From an uncultured virus (IMG/VR IMGVR_UViG_3300022822_000010) (lineage: Duplodnaviria > Heunggongvirae > Uroviricota > Caudoviricetes): DNA of 64,000 nucleotides. Where the stretch lies: the IMG/VR virus record IMGVR_UViG_3300022822_000010. One strand, 5' to 3'. Of the stretch, positions 36,674-46,581 are shown piece after piece; within the stretch, counting starts at the first letter, position 1; each line of letters starts with the position of its first letter. Made by a program: the position numbers and the translations under genes. Under the pieces are notes generated by a model, which searched no databases, had not been told where the DNA came from, and saw only the letters and a list, made by a program, of their open reading frames with translations.

Positions 36674-39226
36674 TTAACCGAAAAAGTCTTCTATCGATAT
36701 ATGATCTTCGGCAGACCAACCGATTGCATCTAGTATAGGATTGATAGAATTGAGGTACGTCTTCTCAAACATCTTATCATAGTCTATAAACTTATGTAGA
36801 CTTAACTCTTGCGGTAGATAATCAGGATAAGATATAACATTCTCGCGTATAGGGTTAGGCATAATGATATAACAAAACTTTAATTTATCGCCGTTACGTA
36901 TAAGTGGATATTTTGTAATATTTTTAGACTTTATGGCTTGATTATATATTAGCGCACCCCTAACATGTATAGGCGTACCTTTTTTATAAATTCTGGACGA
37001 GTCCGACCACTTAATAATATCTGATACCCCACGAGGAAATGAAACTTCTTCAGGCGAACTGTTATTAAAAGTATCTTTAAATTTAGCGATCGCATCCTGA
37101 GTATTTGCTTCCGAACCAGTCATGATAACCTTAAATAACGACTTCATAGAATCTCGACAAATAGCTGGAGTCGATGATTTAATGGCTTCGATACCTAACA
37201 TTTTAATCTTGGGCTCATCGTATGACACGCCCTCGTTATTATATACATTAAGGATGTAGCGCTTCTTAGCCATCCAAACGCCAGTGTTAGCGATTACCTC
37301 GCGCTCCATAATCATCTTATCTTCATACACATTCATATATGTAGCAAGATCAGCATAGGCTGCTGCGACCATAGGCTCAAACTGATCCTTACACATCTTG
37401 TCGATTATGTTAACGATCTCATGTGTAGTCTTATTATCTTCAAGCTTAAGCTTTTTAACTAACGGACCGAAATTTAGATAATTAGAGTCGGTATCGATAG
37501 CAATAACATAATCGAAGTTATTAGTTCCAACTATCTTGTTAAGAAACTTATTGAAGGCTTTCTCAGCAGTCTTGACCGCAAGCTGCCCCGATAACGTAAT
37601 GGCTTCGGCAATCGCAAGATCGTAATGTCTAAAATAGTTACTACCTAAAGCACCATACAAACTATTCATCAACAACTTAATAGCTGTCTGTTTAGCGTTT
37701 AAAGTAGATATCATCATCTCAATCGATTCAACTAATTGCGTATCAGATTTATCGCAAACTTCAAGCTCTTGCTCTTTCGCAATCATTTCGGCCTTAACGA
37801 CAGCACGCTCATTAAACATTTTATTAATGATATCGGGAATCATTCCAAGAACATCTTTGCGGTATGTCGTACCATTAGCAGCCATAGATCTTTCTTCAGG
37901 CCAAGGGTTTAGTTTATTAGTTCTATTCAAGCAAGATTCTACATCAACGCCATCGACGATATCATAGCATTTAGTTTCAGGCGACATGTTGTATCCTTCA
38001 ATAATCTCAGGATACAACGACTTTAAATCAAATGAGACGACCCAAGAATGAAGACCAACTTGCGGTGCCTTAACATAACCTCCGGGATATGGAACTTTAG
38101 GCGTGAATATATTAGGCTGAACGACTATGCCACGGTCATCAAGGTATCGATAAATAATAGAATCCCAAATTGCGGTAGTACCGAGCGTGTCTTCATAGTT
38201 AACTCCCCCACGATAGGCTTGCGTGATAGCAACCGACATCAAACCCGTTTTAGCCTCTAGACGCTCGATCAGCAATACGTCCTTTATATTATAATCAATA
38301 TACTTCTGATGATCGTCTACATACATATGATGTAGAGACTCGAATTCTTCAAGCGATATCTTTGTATCACCAAGAATAACATTAGCGATATGCCCAAGCT
38401 TAAAGTTTTCTTGAGACTTATACTTCGGCGACTTCTTAATTAGCTCCATGTAATCCATGTCAGCTATGCCGCCGATCTCATACCGCTGAAGCTCTTGACC
38501 TTTGATCTTAACTGTTCGCTCAGATACTATACCGTGGGGCGATAGCTTCTTTGAAGCATCTTCTCCCAGAATCGACAAGATTCTGTTAACGAGATATGGG
38601 ATATCAAAGAATCGGCTATTCCATCCAGTGACGATATCAGGGCAATGAATAGGGGACGACCAATGCGATAAAAACTGAGTCAATAATGTAGACTCATCTT
38701 TACACTGGCGATATTCTATCTTGATGTTGGGGTAATTTTCATAAAGCTCAGACTTAGCAACGGAGTAGTCTTTAGTACCCCAAACAATAAATGTATCCCC
38801 TGTGCTAGCTTTTATACCTATCGCGGTAACAGGGTAAGCGGCATCTACAGGCTCGGGAAACCCTTCAGCAGAATAGACTTCAATATCCAGATAGGTAATA
38901 TTGATAACAGTAGGATCGAACTTAATGACACCAGGATAGCGCTTCTGAACATATTGAGCAGTATAACTAGTATTACCGTATATATCATAATTAGGCGTAT
39001 CTTTATACATTTCTATGAACTCTTTAGCATCAGACATAGAACCTAATTCTATAGGCGAAACGCTCACGCCATCGAGGGCAACAGTAGTTGAGTCGCCATC
39101 GGGTACATACAAGGTAGGTTTGAATTTAATTCGTTCTTGGGTGCGATGACCGTTTTTATATCCACGGTATAGAAGAGAGTTGCCATATCGCATGACGGAA
39201 GTATAAAATTCGATAGTGTTCTCCAT
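36674..39226 (-). CDS. 43: family B DNA polymerase gp43
   Basis: DIEV exonuclease motif, SFDLKSLYP, KLLMNSLYG, DTDS, KKRY; C-terminal clamp-binding IEDFF. Confidence 0.98.
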   Translation of the reverse strand: MENTIEFYTSVMRYGNSLLYRGYKNGHRTQERIKFKPTLYVPDGDSTTVALDGVSVSPIELGSMSDAKEFIEMYKDTPNYDIYGNTSYTAQYVQKRYPGVIKFDPTVINITYLDIEVYSAEGFPEPVDAAYPVTAIGIKASTGDTFIVWGTKDYSVAKSELYENYPNIKIEYRQCKDESTLLTQFLSHWSSPIHCPDIVTGWNSRFFDIPYLVNRILSILGEDASKKLSPHGIVSERTVKIKGQELQRYEIGGIADMDYMELIKKSPKYKSQENFKLGHIANVILGDTKISLEEFESLHHMYVDDHQKYIDYNIKDVLLIERLEAKTGLMSVAITQAYRGGVNYEDTLGTTAIWDSIIYRYLDDRGIVVQPNIFTPKVPYPGGYVKAPQVGLHSWVVSFDLKSLYPEIIEGYNMSPETKCYDIVDGVDVESCLNRTNKLNPWPEERSMAANGTTYRKDVLGMIPDIINKMFNERAVVKAEMIAKEQELEVCDKSDTQLVESIEMMISTLNAKQTAIKLLMNSLYGALGSNYFRHYDLAIAEAITLSGQLAVKTAEKAFNKFLNKIVGTNNFDYVIAIDTDSNYLNFGPLVKKLKLEDNKTTHEIVNIIDKMCKDQFEPMVAAAYADLATYMNVYEDKMIMEREVIANTGVWMAKKRYILNVYNNEGVSYDEPKIKMLGIEAIKSSTPAICRDSMKSLFKVIMTGSEANTQDAIAKFKDTFNNSSPEEVSFPRGVSDIIKWSDSSRIYKKGTPIHVRGALIYNQAIKSKNITKYPLIRNGDKLKFCYIIMPNPIRENVISYPDYLPQELSLHKFIDYDKMFEKTYLNSINPILDAIGWSAEDHISIEDFFG

Positions 39227-39232
39227 AATAAG

Positions 39233-39282
39233 AAAAGGCGCATAATAGATTATATTATACGCCTTTTTGATTCAAAAGTAAA
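39233..39282 (-). promoter_or_regulatory. gene 43 promoter with its -10 box inside a long hairpin
   Basis: TTTACT-N17-TATAAT; AAAAGGCGTATAAT...ATTATGCGCCTTTT inverted repeat. Confidence 0.7.
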
Positions 39283-39290
39283 GCTTTATT

Positions 39291-39575
39291 TTAGATAATT
39301 AATGAACTAGTAGCGCTTAGATCAATCTTAGATGTTGACTTAACATAGTGATCCGACATTTCTGTTATCGGCTCGAACATAAACAAAACTGAGTCTTTAT
39401 ATACAAACAATGTATCACCTTTGAGATACGGTAGCCAAGTAGCAAAAGTCAATTTGTTATCTTCGGTAGGGAGCAATATCAGTGGATTTTTTAAATCCCA
39501 ACCCTCGCGAGGGTTCCATGCTACTTTTGCGATTAGTTCTTCGCCTGATGTTAGTCTTACCACGTTAACTGTCAT
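39291..39575 (-). CDS. conserved small protein, possibly Sm-like fold
   Basis: VVRLTSGEELIA...WLPY pattern, typical upstream of gene 43. Confidence 0.65.
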   Translation of the reverse strand: MTVNVVRLTSGEELIAKVAWNPREGWDLKNPLILLPTEDNKLTFATWLPYLKGDTLFVYKDSVLFMFEPITEMSDHYVKSTSKIDLSATSSLII

Positions 39576-39701
39576 TATAATTTCTCTCTTAATATACGTT
39601 CAACTTCAGCAATTGTTTGAGGTTGTTTGGATTCGATGTAACGGTCTAAGCCATACGAGTCTATGCGGTGTTCTGCGACAGACATACGGCTTCTCATTAA
39701 C

Positions 39702-40220
39702 TTAATTATTACTTTTTTCAAAACTCGTTTGATCGAGCACAACTTCATTTCTACTTGACTCCTTGATTGGGGTTGATGATAAGGTGGATTGTGTATGCGT
39801 GTCACCGACATTAAAATATACAGCAAGCTTTTCTTTTACATCTTCTTGATGTATATCGATCGTTAATATTCCATCTTCAAGCATACACTCAGAGACAAAA
39901 CCGCGCTCCGGCATCTCGAAGGTGCGGTAAAATGACCTGATCGGTATGTAGCGCTTTACATAAGCTATGGTTTCTACCCCATTACCGAAATCTCTTTCTA
40001 CCTTGTTATCAAAATCTTTTACAGTGTAAACGTATAATGCGCCATTATACGTTTTTATTTGAAAGTCGGTTCGTTTATATCCCGGAACAGCAAATTTAAT
40101 CTGAAAACTATCATGAAGCTTAATAACATCATGATCGGGGAATGGAATAGAAGAAGAGTCTTTGTCTGTCTCGCGTAAGATGTAGTCGAAACCTTTCATG
40201 TTAGTATGGTTCATAGTCAT
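39702..40220 (-). CDS. small heat-shock protein (Hsp20)
   Basis: FAVPGY, RSFYRTF, LEDGILTI alpha-crystallin motifs. Confidence 0.8.
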   Translation of the reverse strand: MTMNHTNMKGFDYILRETDKDSSSIPFPDHDVIKLHDSFQIKFAVPGYKRTDFQIKTYNGALYVYTVKDFDNKVERDFGNGVETIAYVKRYIPIRSFYRTFEMPERGFVSECMLEDGILTIDIHQEDVKEKLAVYFNVGDTHTQSTLSSTPIKESSRNEVVLDQTSFEKSNN

Positions 40221-40253
40221 TTTCGTCTCATTATAAAGATGGATAGCTTTTTC

Positions 40254-40508
40254 TTATTGGGTAAAGGCTAAGATTTTGGTTTCGGAAACTACAGCGCCTT
40301 GAGTACCCCTTTCAGTGATCGGCGCTGTATCACCCCACTTAACGTAGCAGATCGCCCCTACAGAAGAGATTTTACAATCAGGGCCGATAGCCAGAATCTT
40401 AGCAGGCTTTAGTCCAGATTCAACTTCACCGGTCAATATGATGCCAGAGGCAGTGGTGGTTTTACGTTCTACTTGAGTTACAAATACATTATCATACGTT
40501 GGTGTCAT
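40254..40508 (-). CDS. GroES/Cpn10-like co-chaperonin
   Basis: PTYDNVFV, TTASGIIL mobile loop, ILAIGP, ETKILA. Confidence 0.85.
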   Translation of the reverse strand: MTPTYDNVFVTQVERKTTTASGIILTGEVESGLKPAKILAIGPDCKISSVGAICYVKWGDTAPITERGTQGAVVSETKILAFTQ

Positions 40509-40549
40509 TTCAGTTCCTTAATTTAATTCTATTGATTCTAGGTATCAAT

Positions 40550-41227
40550 TTAACCTTTTTTAATATTTTGAGCATCAATCCACAAATTGGCGGCAGGGCT
40601 TTTAGGCTTAGTTTTGGTCCACTTCATAACTTTCTTGTACGCAGATAAAGTCTCTGGTTCGAAGTCGCTCCCATCAGAGTTATCTATAATGATAATATTA
40701 CCTCTGAATAAAGATTGAAACTTACCGATATTATTCTGGACGCCGCTCCACATTTTTTTAACTAAATCATCGTCTAGCGATCTGGTCCTGTTTCGATTTC
40801 GTTGTAGCGCAGTTTCGATATCTGTGTTGACGAAAATCATTTGAACCTCATACCCTAGTTTTTGGAGTTTTTCGGTTTGCGCTTTTATCTTTTCGAAATC
40901 TTTACCTGTCCCATCGATAATCAATCCTAGACGACCTTTTAGCGCAAAACCCATCTGTTTTGCTGTCAAAGTTTTTGCTTTTGCTCTTGCCATCTGGCCT
41001 TCAGGAGAAGATATATCTTCTGGGTTAGGTTTTAAGTCGGCTTTCTTTAAAGCTGCCTCGAAAGCCGTATCTGAATTAATTAGTTTCAACCCTAAAGCCT
41101 GAAGTGCGGTCTTGCCTACGATGAATGATTTCCCAGAGCCTGGACCACCTGCTAGGAATACGGCTTTAAATATAGCGGGGTCATTGACACCCTCTTCAAG
41201 TTCTAAAAATGTTTTAAATGAATCCAC
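40550..41227 (-). CDS. zeta-toxin/AAA_33-like P-loop kinase with a capsid-targeting-like N-terminus
   Basis: KAVFLAGGPGSGKS, INSD, IIDGTG, ALQRNRNR; starts MDSFKTFLELEE. Confidence 0.75.
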   Translation of the reverse strand: MDSFKTFLELEEGVNDPAIFKAVFLAGGPGSGKSFIVGKTALQALGLKLINSDTAFEAALKKADLKPNPEDISSPEGQMARAKAKTLTAKQMGFALKGRLGLIIDGTGKDFEKIKAQTEKLQKLGYEVQMIFVNTDIETALQRNRNRTRSLDDDLVKKMWSGVQNNIGKFQSLFRGNIIIIDNSDGSDFEPETLSAYKKVMKWTKTKPKSPAANLWIDAQNIKKG

Positions 41228-41644
41228 TTAGTTACCTATATTGTATTTTGTACAAAGTTCCCACTGGTCTTTGTCTTTGAATGAAATAATTTTTATTTGT
41301 CGCAGCGGGGCGATGTCTTTCGCTTGCTCCACATTAACGATATCTATAAGGCCCCAATCAGACATTAGCGTAGTTATAGTATTACGTCTTTGTATATCGT
41401 TTTCGAATAAATTGCTTGGTTTCCCGTCAAGTAAAAATAACTCCTTGAAGTGTACTATAAAGTAACGACCTTGTTTGTGTAGTATATGACAAGATTGAAA
41501 CAGCTTATTGTCTTTGCGAGACGCAACCCCAATACGGGTTAACGTTTCTCTGACTTTTAGAAAGTCGTCAGGCTCATTGATGCTAATCTCTAACATCATT
41601 GCCGGAGTCCATTCTACTATTTTGTTACTTTCTTCTACCCCCAT
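41228..41644 (-). CDS. regA: translational repressor RegA
   Basis: PDDFLKVRETLTRIG, QSCHILHKQGRYFIVHFKELF. Confidence 0.97.
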   Translation of the reverse strand: MGVEESNKIVEWTPAMMLEISINEPDDFLKVRETLTRIGVASRKDNKLFQSCHILHKQGRYFIVHFKELFLLDGKPSNLFENDIQRRNTITTLMSDWGLIDIVNVEQAKDIAPLRQIKIISFKDKDQWELCTKYNIGN

Positions 41645-42014
41645 GGGACACCTTATCTTTTAGATTATCAATTTGTTCATCGTTTAATAAAGTCAAAGCT
41701 TGACGCGCGTGTTCATTACTATAACCATAATACGCTTTAACTACTTCGAGGTCAGATATCTTATCGGCTTTATGCCATTTAGAGAATCTTTTACCTTTTC
41801 TAATACTATTTAGTAAGAAAGAATATTGTAGTTTAGAGTCGGCATGATGGAGCCCATTCATCGTATTAGCATATAACACAGTCTCTCTAAAATATGATAA
41901 ACCTCGATTAACCATAAACCCAACATATTGGTTTTCATCATCAGAGTCTTTCATTAAGTCTTTCTTTGTCAAGTTGATGCTATTTAAAAAGTCGAAGGGG
42001 CTTACTTTACCCAT
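41625..42014 (-). CDS. 62: clamp loader small subunit
   Basis: PFDFLNSIN, FMVNRGLS, YYGYS; synteny. Confidence 0.9.
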   Translation of the reverse strand: MGKVSPFDFLNSINLTKKDLMKDSDDENQYVGFMVNRGLSYFRETVLYANTMNGLHHADSKLQYSFLLNSIRKGKRFSKWHKADKISDLEVVKAYYGYSNEHARQALTLLNDEQIDNLKDKVSHGGRRK

Positions 42015-42594
42015 GTAAAACTCCTATTAGTGTCTGCATACGCATCACATCCATAGCAACATCGTGCGAAGGATTATGCGCCTCAAACCTATCCTCAAGG
42101 CCTTCTGGAATGAAGCTATTTCTAATGTTAGCGCCACTAGCCATCCCATCGATATATGAACGAGTGTCTTTAACATTCCAAAACTTGTATGTTGCTTTAG
42201 CGCCTATCTGACGAAGATAGATATCAGTCACACTTGTATCGAGACTACCTCGCGACCAGATAACGGTTTTAGGGCCGCAAAGTTCAGCCATAATGTCGCC
42301 GAGGCAATCGATGGATAGGTCCGTGGAAAGTGGGGTCAACTGACTTTCGCGTACATGAGCGGGTAAAGTACCCCACCATTCGAGACATTCCGCCTCAACC
42401 TTTCTTCCGTATCGATTTACTTGGTCAGTTACGTTAAATTTGTATTCGGTAGCCGAAGCAACAAGGGCCTCAAACGTATATGGGGCCTCAAGGAAGCGGT
42501 CAGGATTAAAGGCCAATGTTGCTAGGCTAACGACTGGAAGACTTTCGTAATTTGTACCCAAAGTCTCATAGTCATATATTACGTGATCACTCAT
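42007..42594 (-). CDS. dexA: DexA-like DEDDh 3'-5' exonuclease
   Basis: DYETLG, WSRGSLD, DTRS, HNPSHDVAMD. Confidence 0.82.
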   Translation of the reverse strand: MSDHVIYDYETLGTNYESLPVVSLATLAFNPDRFLEAPYTFEALVASATEYKFNVTDQVNRYGRKVEAECLEWWGTLPAHVRESQLTPLSTDLSIDCLGDIMAELCGPKTVIWSRGSLDTSVTDIYLRQIGAKATYKFWNVKDTRSYIDGMASGANIRNSFIPEGLEDRFEAHNPSHDVAMDVMRMQTLIGVLHG

Positions 42595-43532
42595 TATATA
42601 AACTCCACATCTGACATTATTTCTGTTAAGCATGCTACCATATTGATCTCGTGATCGGCAACAAAAGCATTCTTATATTGATACTCTGCTATAATTAACA
42701 CGAGCTGAGGTATAGAATGCGGCTTCACTTTATCGGAACACGAGTCATACACTTTTCTGAAAACCGCTTGAGGTTCGATATCGATATTATTCACTACCCA
42801 TTTACGCATGGTATTAAAATCTTTCGATTTCAAAGAATCAAAAAGCTTATTGATATTATCCTCGTTTATGTTCACTAGTACACCAGAATCTATAGTACCA
42901 CCAACAGAATATCTTTGAATCTCACCTAGCACTCGACGCCAATCTGGAAAATGTTTTTCGATAAGCGCACCTAGGGCCTTTGGGTGATATTTGATATCAT
43001 TCTCGTTAAGAATACCTTCAATTCTTTTAAAGAACCGCATCGCGATAGCAGGGCGCTCTTTCGGTGGCACAGCAAACTCGATAGGAGGGCATCTAGAGTG
43101 TATAGCAGGAATGATACGATTCTTGAAGTTACAAGTTAGAATAAATCGGCAATTATCGCTAAACTCTTCGATAAAACCGCGAAGCGCAGGCTGAGTCGAT
43201 TGAGGGTTTAAGTAATCGGCCTCATCGAGTATGACAACCTTTATACCCCCACTAAATGAGACAGTAGACGCAAACTTCTTAATCTTACCGCGAAGAGTAT
43301 CAATGTTGCCCTCTTCGGAACCGTTAATGATAATGTAATCTAGTCCCATTTCGTTACATAACGCGCGGGCAACAGTAGTTTTACCCACACCCGCAGTACC
43401 AGAGAATATCATGTTTGGTAATTCTTCTTTCTTTAATATCTTAGTGAATGTCTGCTCAAGACCCTCAGGTAAAATACATTCGGATATCGTTCTTGGTCGA
43501 TATCGTTCTACAAATAAAAACTCGTCACTCAT
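42594..43532 (-). CDS. 44: clamp loader large subunit
   Basis: ERYRP, GTAGVGKTT, LDEAD, HSRC. Confidence 0.96.
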   Translation of the reverse strand: MSDEFLFVERYRPRTISECILPEGLEQTFTKILKKEELPNMIFSGTAGVGKTTVARALCNEMGLDYIIINGSEEGNIDTLRGKIKKFASTVSFSGGIKVVILDEADYLNPQSTQPALRGFIEEFSDNCRFILTCNFKNRIIPAIHSRCPPIEFAVPPKERPAIAMRFFKRIEGILNENDIKYHPKALGALIEKHFPDWRRVLGEIQRYSVGGTIDSGVLVNINEDNINKLFDSLKSKDFNTMRKWVVNNIDIEPQAVFRKVYDSCSDKVKPHSIPQLVLIIAEYQYKNAFVADHEINMVACLTEIMSDVEFI

Positions 43533-43599
43533 ATATTAATCTCTCAATTTATTTACTACGCATATTATACTATACTTCATCCTTGAAGTAAAGAACTAT

Positions 43600-43914
43600 T
43601 TAACCAAATAGCTGTTCATATAGGCTTTCGATTTCTTCTCGTTCAGTTTGAACTTTAGCAAAGGATTGCTTGTGATACATTGTCGCGAGCTGCTTAATAA
43701 ACTTTTTATCGACGCCAGTATCTTCGTTCACTTTCTCTATAATACTTTTTTGATGCTCGCTTTGCGCTTTACTTAGAGCCATGCTGTTGCTGATTTCTTT
43801 GATAGCGCTTTCTAACTTTTGCTTATCTTTCGGGTTGGTAATCATCTCTAATATTCCACTTAGCTGTTCTTTGGTGTTCATTGACATTATGTCTTTTTCG
43901 GCGTAATCGATCAT
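43600..43914 (-). CDS. dsbA: DsbA-like dsDNA-binding protein
   Basis: IKEIS...LATMYHKQ...ESLYE pattern. Confidence 0.72.
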   Translation of the reverse strand: MIDYAEKDIMSMNTKEQLSGILEMITNPKDKQKLESAIKEISNSMALSKAQSEHQKSIIEKVNEDTGVDKKFIKQLATMYHKQSFAKVQTEREEIESLYEQLFG

Positions 43915-43925
43915 ACTATTTTATC

Positions 43926-44600
43926 TCACTTAAAAGAGGATGACTTCTCAAGAGCAACAAAATACTCGACAGAAGATAAGGTGTTAGAGAACTTAGATAT
44001 TAACTTAGATGATATTTCAACAGCGTAATCTCCTGGCACAGCAAGTAGCCTTAGATTAGCGACACTAAACACGAGATTAAAATCGCCTTCAACTTTGCTA
44101 CCGAGATCGATAGTGAAAGAGTTCGATGTTTTATCCTTAACATCTTTGGCGACAGCTATCAGATTACCATCATCAACAGTAATCGATAAATCCGATACTT
44201 TAAGCGCCGACACCGCTCGTCGGATATCATTAAGGTTAACTTCAGATAACACAAAGCTGACATCTGCGCTCGGCATCTTAACATCTTTGTCTGGGCTAGT
44301 TAAGATTTCTGGGCTTGAGAAGTAGTATTTTATCTTGCTCAACCCTTTAGATATCACAACAAACTTCATATCGGGATCAAAGTTTAGATCGGGGTCATCG
44401 AACATGCTGAGCGCTAGTAAGAATTCTGGGAGATCGTATATACCCATCGTATCGGTAAACGTTTCTTCAACAGTAGCATTTGCTAGTATGTTTTTAGCTT
44501 CGGCCATAGTCTTAATCACATTGCCGGGTTTAATGACAATATTAGAGTTAATTGCTGAGAAGTTCTTAAGGACTTCAATTGTTTCGCGCGACAGTTTCAT
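43926..44600 (-). CDS. 45: sliding clamp
   Basis: MKLSRETIEVLKNFSAINSNI, IYDLPEFL, YFVALE. Confidence 0.95.
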   Translation of the reverse strand: MKLSRETIEVLKNFSAINSNIVIKPGNVIKTMAEAKNILANATVEETFTDTMGIYDLPEFLLALSMFDDPDLNFDPDMKFVVISKGLSKIKYYFSSPEILTSPDKDVKMPSADVSFVLSEVNLNDIRRAVSALKVSDLSITVDDGNLIAVAKDVKDKTSNSFTIDLGSKVEGDFNLVFSVANLRLLAVPGDYAVEISSKLISKFSNTLSSVEYFVALEKSSSFK

Positions 44601-44673
44601 TATTAATTACCTTAGTTTATTTAATTTACAAAGCCTATTATACGCTATTAATAGTGATAAGTAAAGCTTTTTT

Positions 44674-45030
44674 TTATCGTATACTATCTTGATTTTCGAA
44701 TGGTTGCATACGGTCACGGTCGTGTGTAGCTTCATGTTTACGCGCTTCGGTTTGCCTCATACGATTCAACTGGATTTGCATCATAACTAAGTAGCCAATC
44801 AAATCAGCAATAACGTCTTCTCCAGCATCATTTCCTCTTACTAGGCGCGACAGTTTGTCATCAATTCGAACTTTCAGCTGCTCTAATGAATCAGCCTTCG
44901 AGAATATTCTCACGGGATTTAGGGCTGCATCGCCGTATGCTTTATTTTTACCTATAAGAAGATTTTCAGTTTGCTTTAGCGCTTCCTTGACTTCTTTTGA
45001 AAATTGGGCTGATTGTTCTTCGTCTTTCAT
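44674..45030 (-). CDS. DUF1599/Nmad-like nucleotide-modification-associated protein
   Basis: KNKAYGD...VRIDDKLSRL...DLIGY motif. Confidence 0.7.
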   Translation of the reverse strand: MKDEEQSAQFSKEVKEALKQTENLLIGKNKAYGDAALNPVRIFSKADSLEQLKVRIDDKLSRLVRGNDAGEDVIADLIGYLVMMQIQLNRMRQTEARKHEATHDRDRMQPFENQDSIR

Positions 45031-45049
45031 CTACTTCTCCGTTGGTAAT

Positions 45050-45074
45050 AAAAAGCCGTTGCGTCAACAACGGC
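45050..45074 (-). terminator. intrinsic terminator
   Basis: GCCGTTG-N6-CAACGGC followed by TTTT, downstream of the AAA gene. Confidence 0.7.
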
Positions 45075-45092
45075 GATAATATGTATTAGTTA

Positions 45093-46343
45093 TTAATTAA
45101 AAAAACTATCGGCTATAGCCTGATCAATACCTTCTGAACGGCTATCGGCAGATTTCTGAGCAGCAAGCTCCTCAGCTTCTTTTGCTTCACGCGCTTCTTG
45201 AATAGTAGCGTCAACCTTGCTATAAAGGTCAAGAAAGCCTTCTTTGACATCGTCATCAAACCGATTAATACAAAGCTCGATAGACTTTTCACGATCGCGG
45301 AAGATAGCGTATGTTTGAGCGATCTGACACAAACGACGAGTTGTAATCAACTCTTCTACACCACCGTCGTCGTAAGTTTTACGGATAGTGTCGGACCAAA
45401 TCACTAGCTTTTCAGCAAAGTGTTCATCAACGCAATCGAACTTAGACATATGTAGGCTTAGAATCTTGCGCTCAATAGCAACGGTAGGGTAAGGTTGGTT
45501 AATCGTAATGCTAAAGCGCTCAAGGAAAGCCTCATCCATAATAGTCGCAGAGATAAAGCGACCATCTTCAGAGCCTCGACCTTTAGTGTTACCCGTAGCA
45601 ATCACGTTGAAACCTTTCGCAGGAGTAACGACTTCGCCAGTTTTTTTAACTAGAACAGGCTTACCTTCAAGAACGCCTTGTAAAGCCATGATCTTATTAG
45701 AACCACGGTCAATCTCGTCAAGAAGTAAAATAGCGCCTGATCGCATAGCTTTGATAACAGGACCGTCGGCAAAAACTGTCTCACCATTAATTAAACGGAA
45801 ACCACCGAGCAAATCGTCTTCGTCAGTCTGCGGATTAATCTGAACACGAACATATTCGCGCTTTAATTTAGCGCAAGCTTGCTCAACCATCATAGTTTTA
45901 CCGTTACCAGACAAACCAGATACGTAGATTGGAAAGAATGTTTTAGAAGCAACGATTTGGTTGATATCTTTAGAGTTACCCCAAGCAACATAGCAAGGGT
46001 CGATTTCTGGGATATAAACATCTTCAGATGTGATAGTCTGAACCGACTTGACGGTAGGCGCTACTTGAGCAGCGGCAACAGGAGCAGCAACAGCAGCTGC
46101 GATAGGGGTAATATTGCTAACAGCAACGCCGCCAGCCTGAGCGATAATGCCGCTCATATCGTATTTACCGAACTTTGGAGACGGAGCAGTCTTCATCCAG
46201 TCTTCGATTGCGCCGACAGTTAAGCCGTTCTCTTTTGCGATAGGGATAATTTCACGGATCGAAAAAACTGATTGATTTGGAAACTCTATACTTATTTTTT
46301 TAGCAAGTAGAGCAAGGCGTTGGATGCGGTCAAATGTATTCAT
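45093..46343 (-). CDS. MoxR/CobS-like AAA+ ATPase
   Basis: GLSGNGKT, DEDDLLGG, LLDEID, ATGNTKGRG, AFLERF, TRRL. Confidence 0.9.
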   Translation of the reverse strand: MNTFDRIQRLALLAKKISIEFPNQSVFSIREIIPIAKENGLTVGAIEDWMKTAPSPKFGKYDMSGIIAQAGGVAVSNITPIAAAVAAPVAAAQVAPTVKSVQTITSEDVYIPEIDPCYVAWGNSKDINQIVASKTFFPIYVSGLSGNGKTMMVEQACAKLKREYVRVQINPQTDEDDLLGGFRLINGETVFADGPVIKAMRSGAILLLDEIDRGSNKIMALQGVLEGKPVLVKKTGEVVTPAKGFNVIATGNTKGRGSEDGRFISATIMDEAFLERFSITINQPYPTVAIERKILSLHMSKFDCVDEHFAEKLVIWSDTIRKTYDDGGVEELITTRRLCQIAQTYAIFRDREKSIELCINRFDDDVKEGFLDLYSKVDATIQEAREAKEAEELAAQKSADSRSEGIDQAIADSFFN

Positions 46344-46581
46344 AATGTAATCTCTCAAGTGTTAATCTATTTAAGTATCTATTATATCGTATCGGCTGTC
46401 GAAAGTAAAGAAGTTTCTTAGAATATTTTAGAATTAAAAACTTTTTTACTATAACGAACAACTTGCTGCGCGGCACCCTCCTTTCAATCAATTAAGTATT
46501 AATTATACCGTAACTTGTGTGATAAGTAAAGATATTTCGAAAGTTTCTTAGACTAATTAGAACTAAGAAACTTTCCTTTTA

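Noticed and set aside
45093..46343. cobS as a cobalamin-biosynthesis auxiliary gene
   Set aside because: Only generic MoxR AAA motifs are present and there are no other cob genes in the window.
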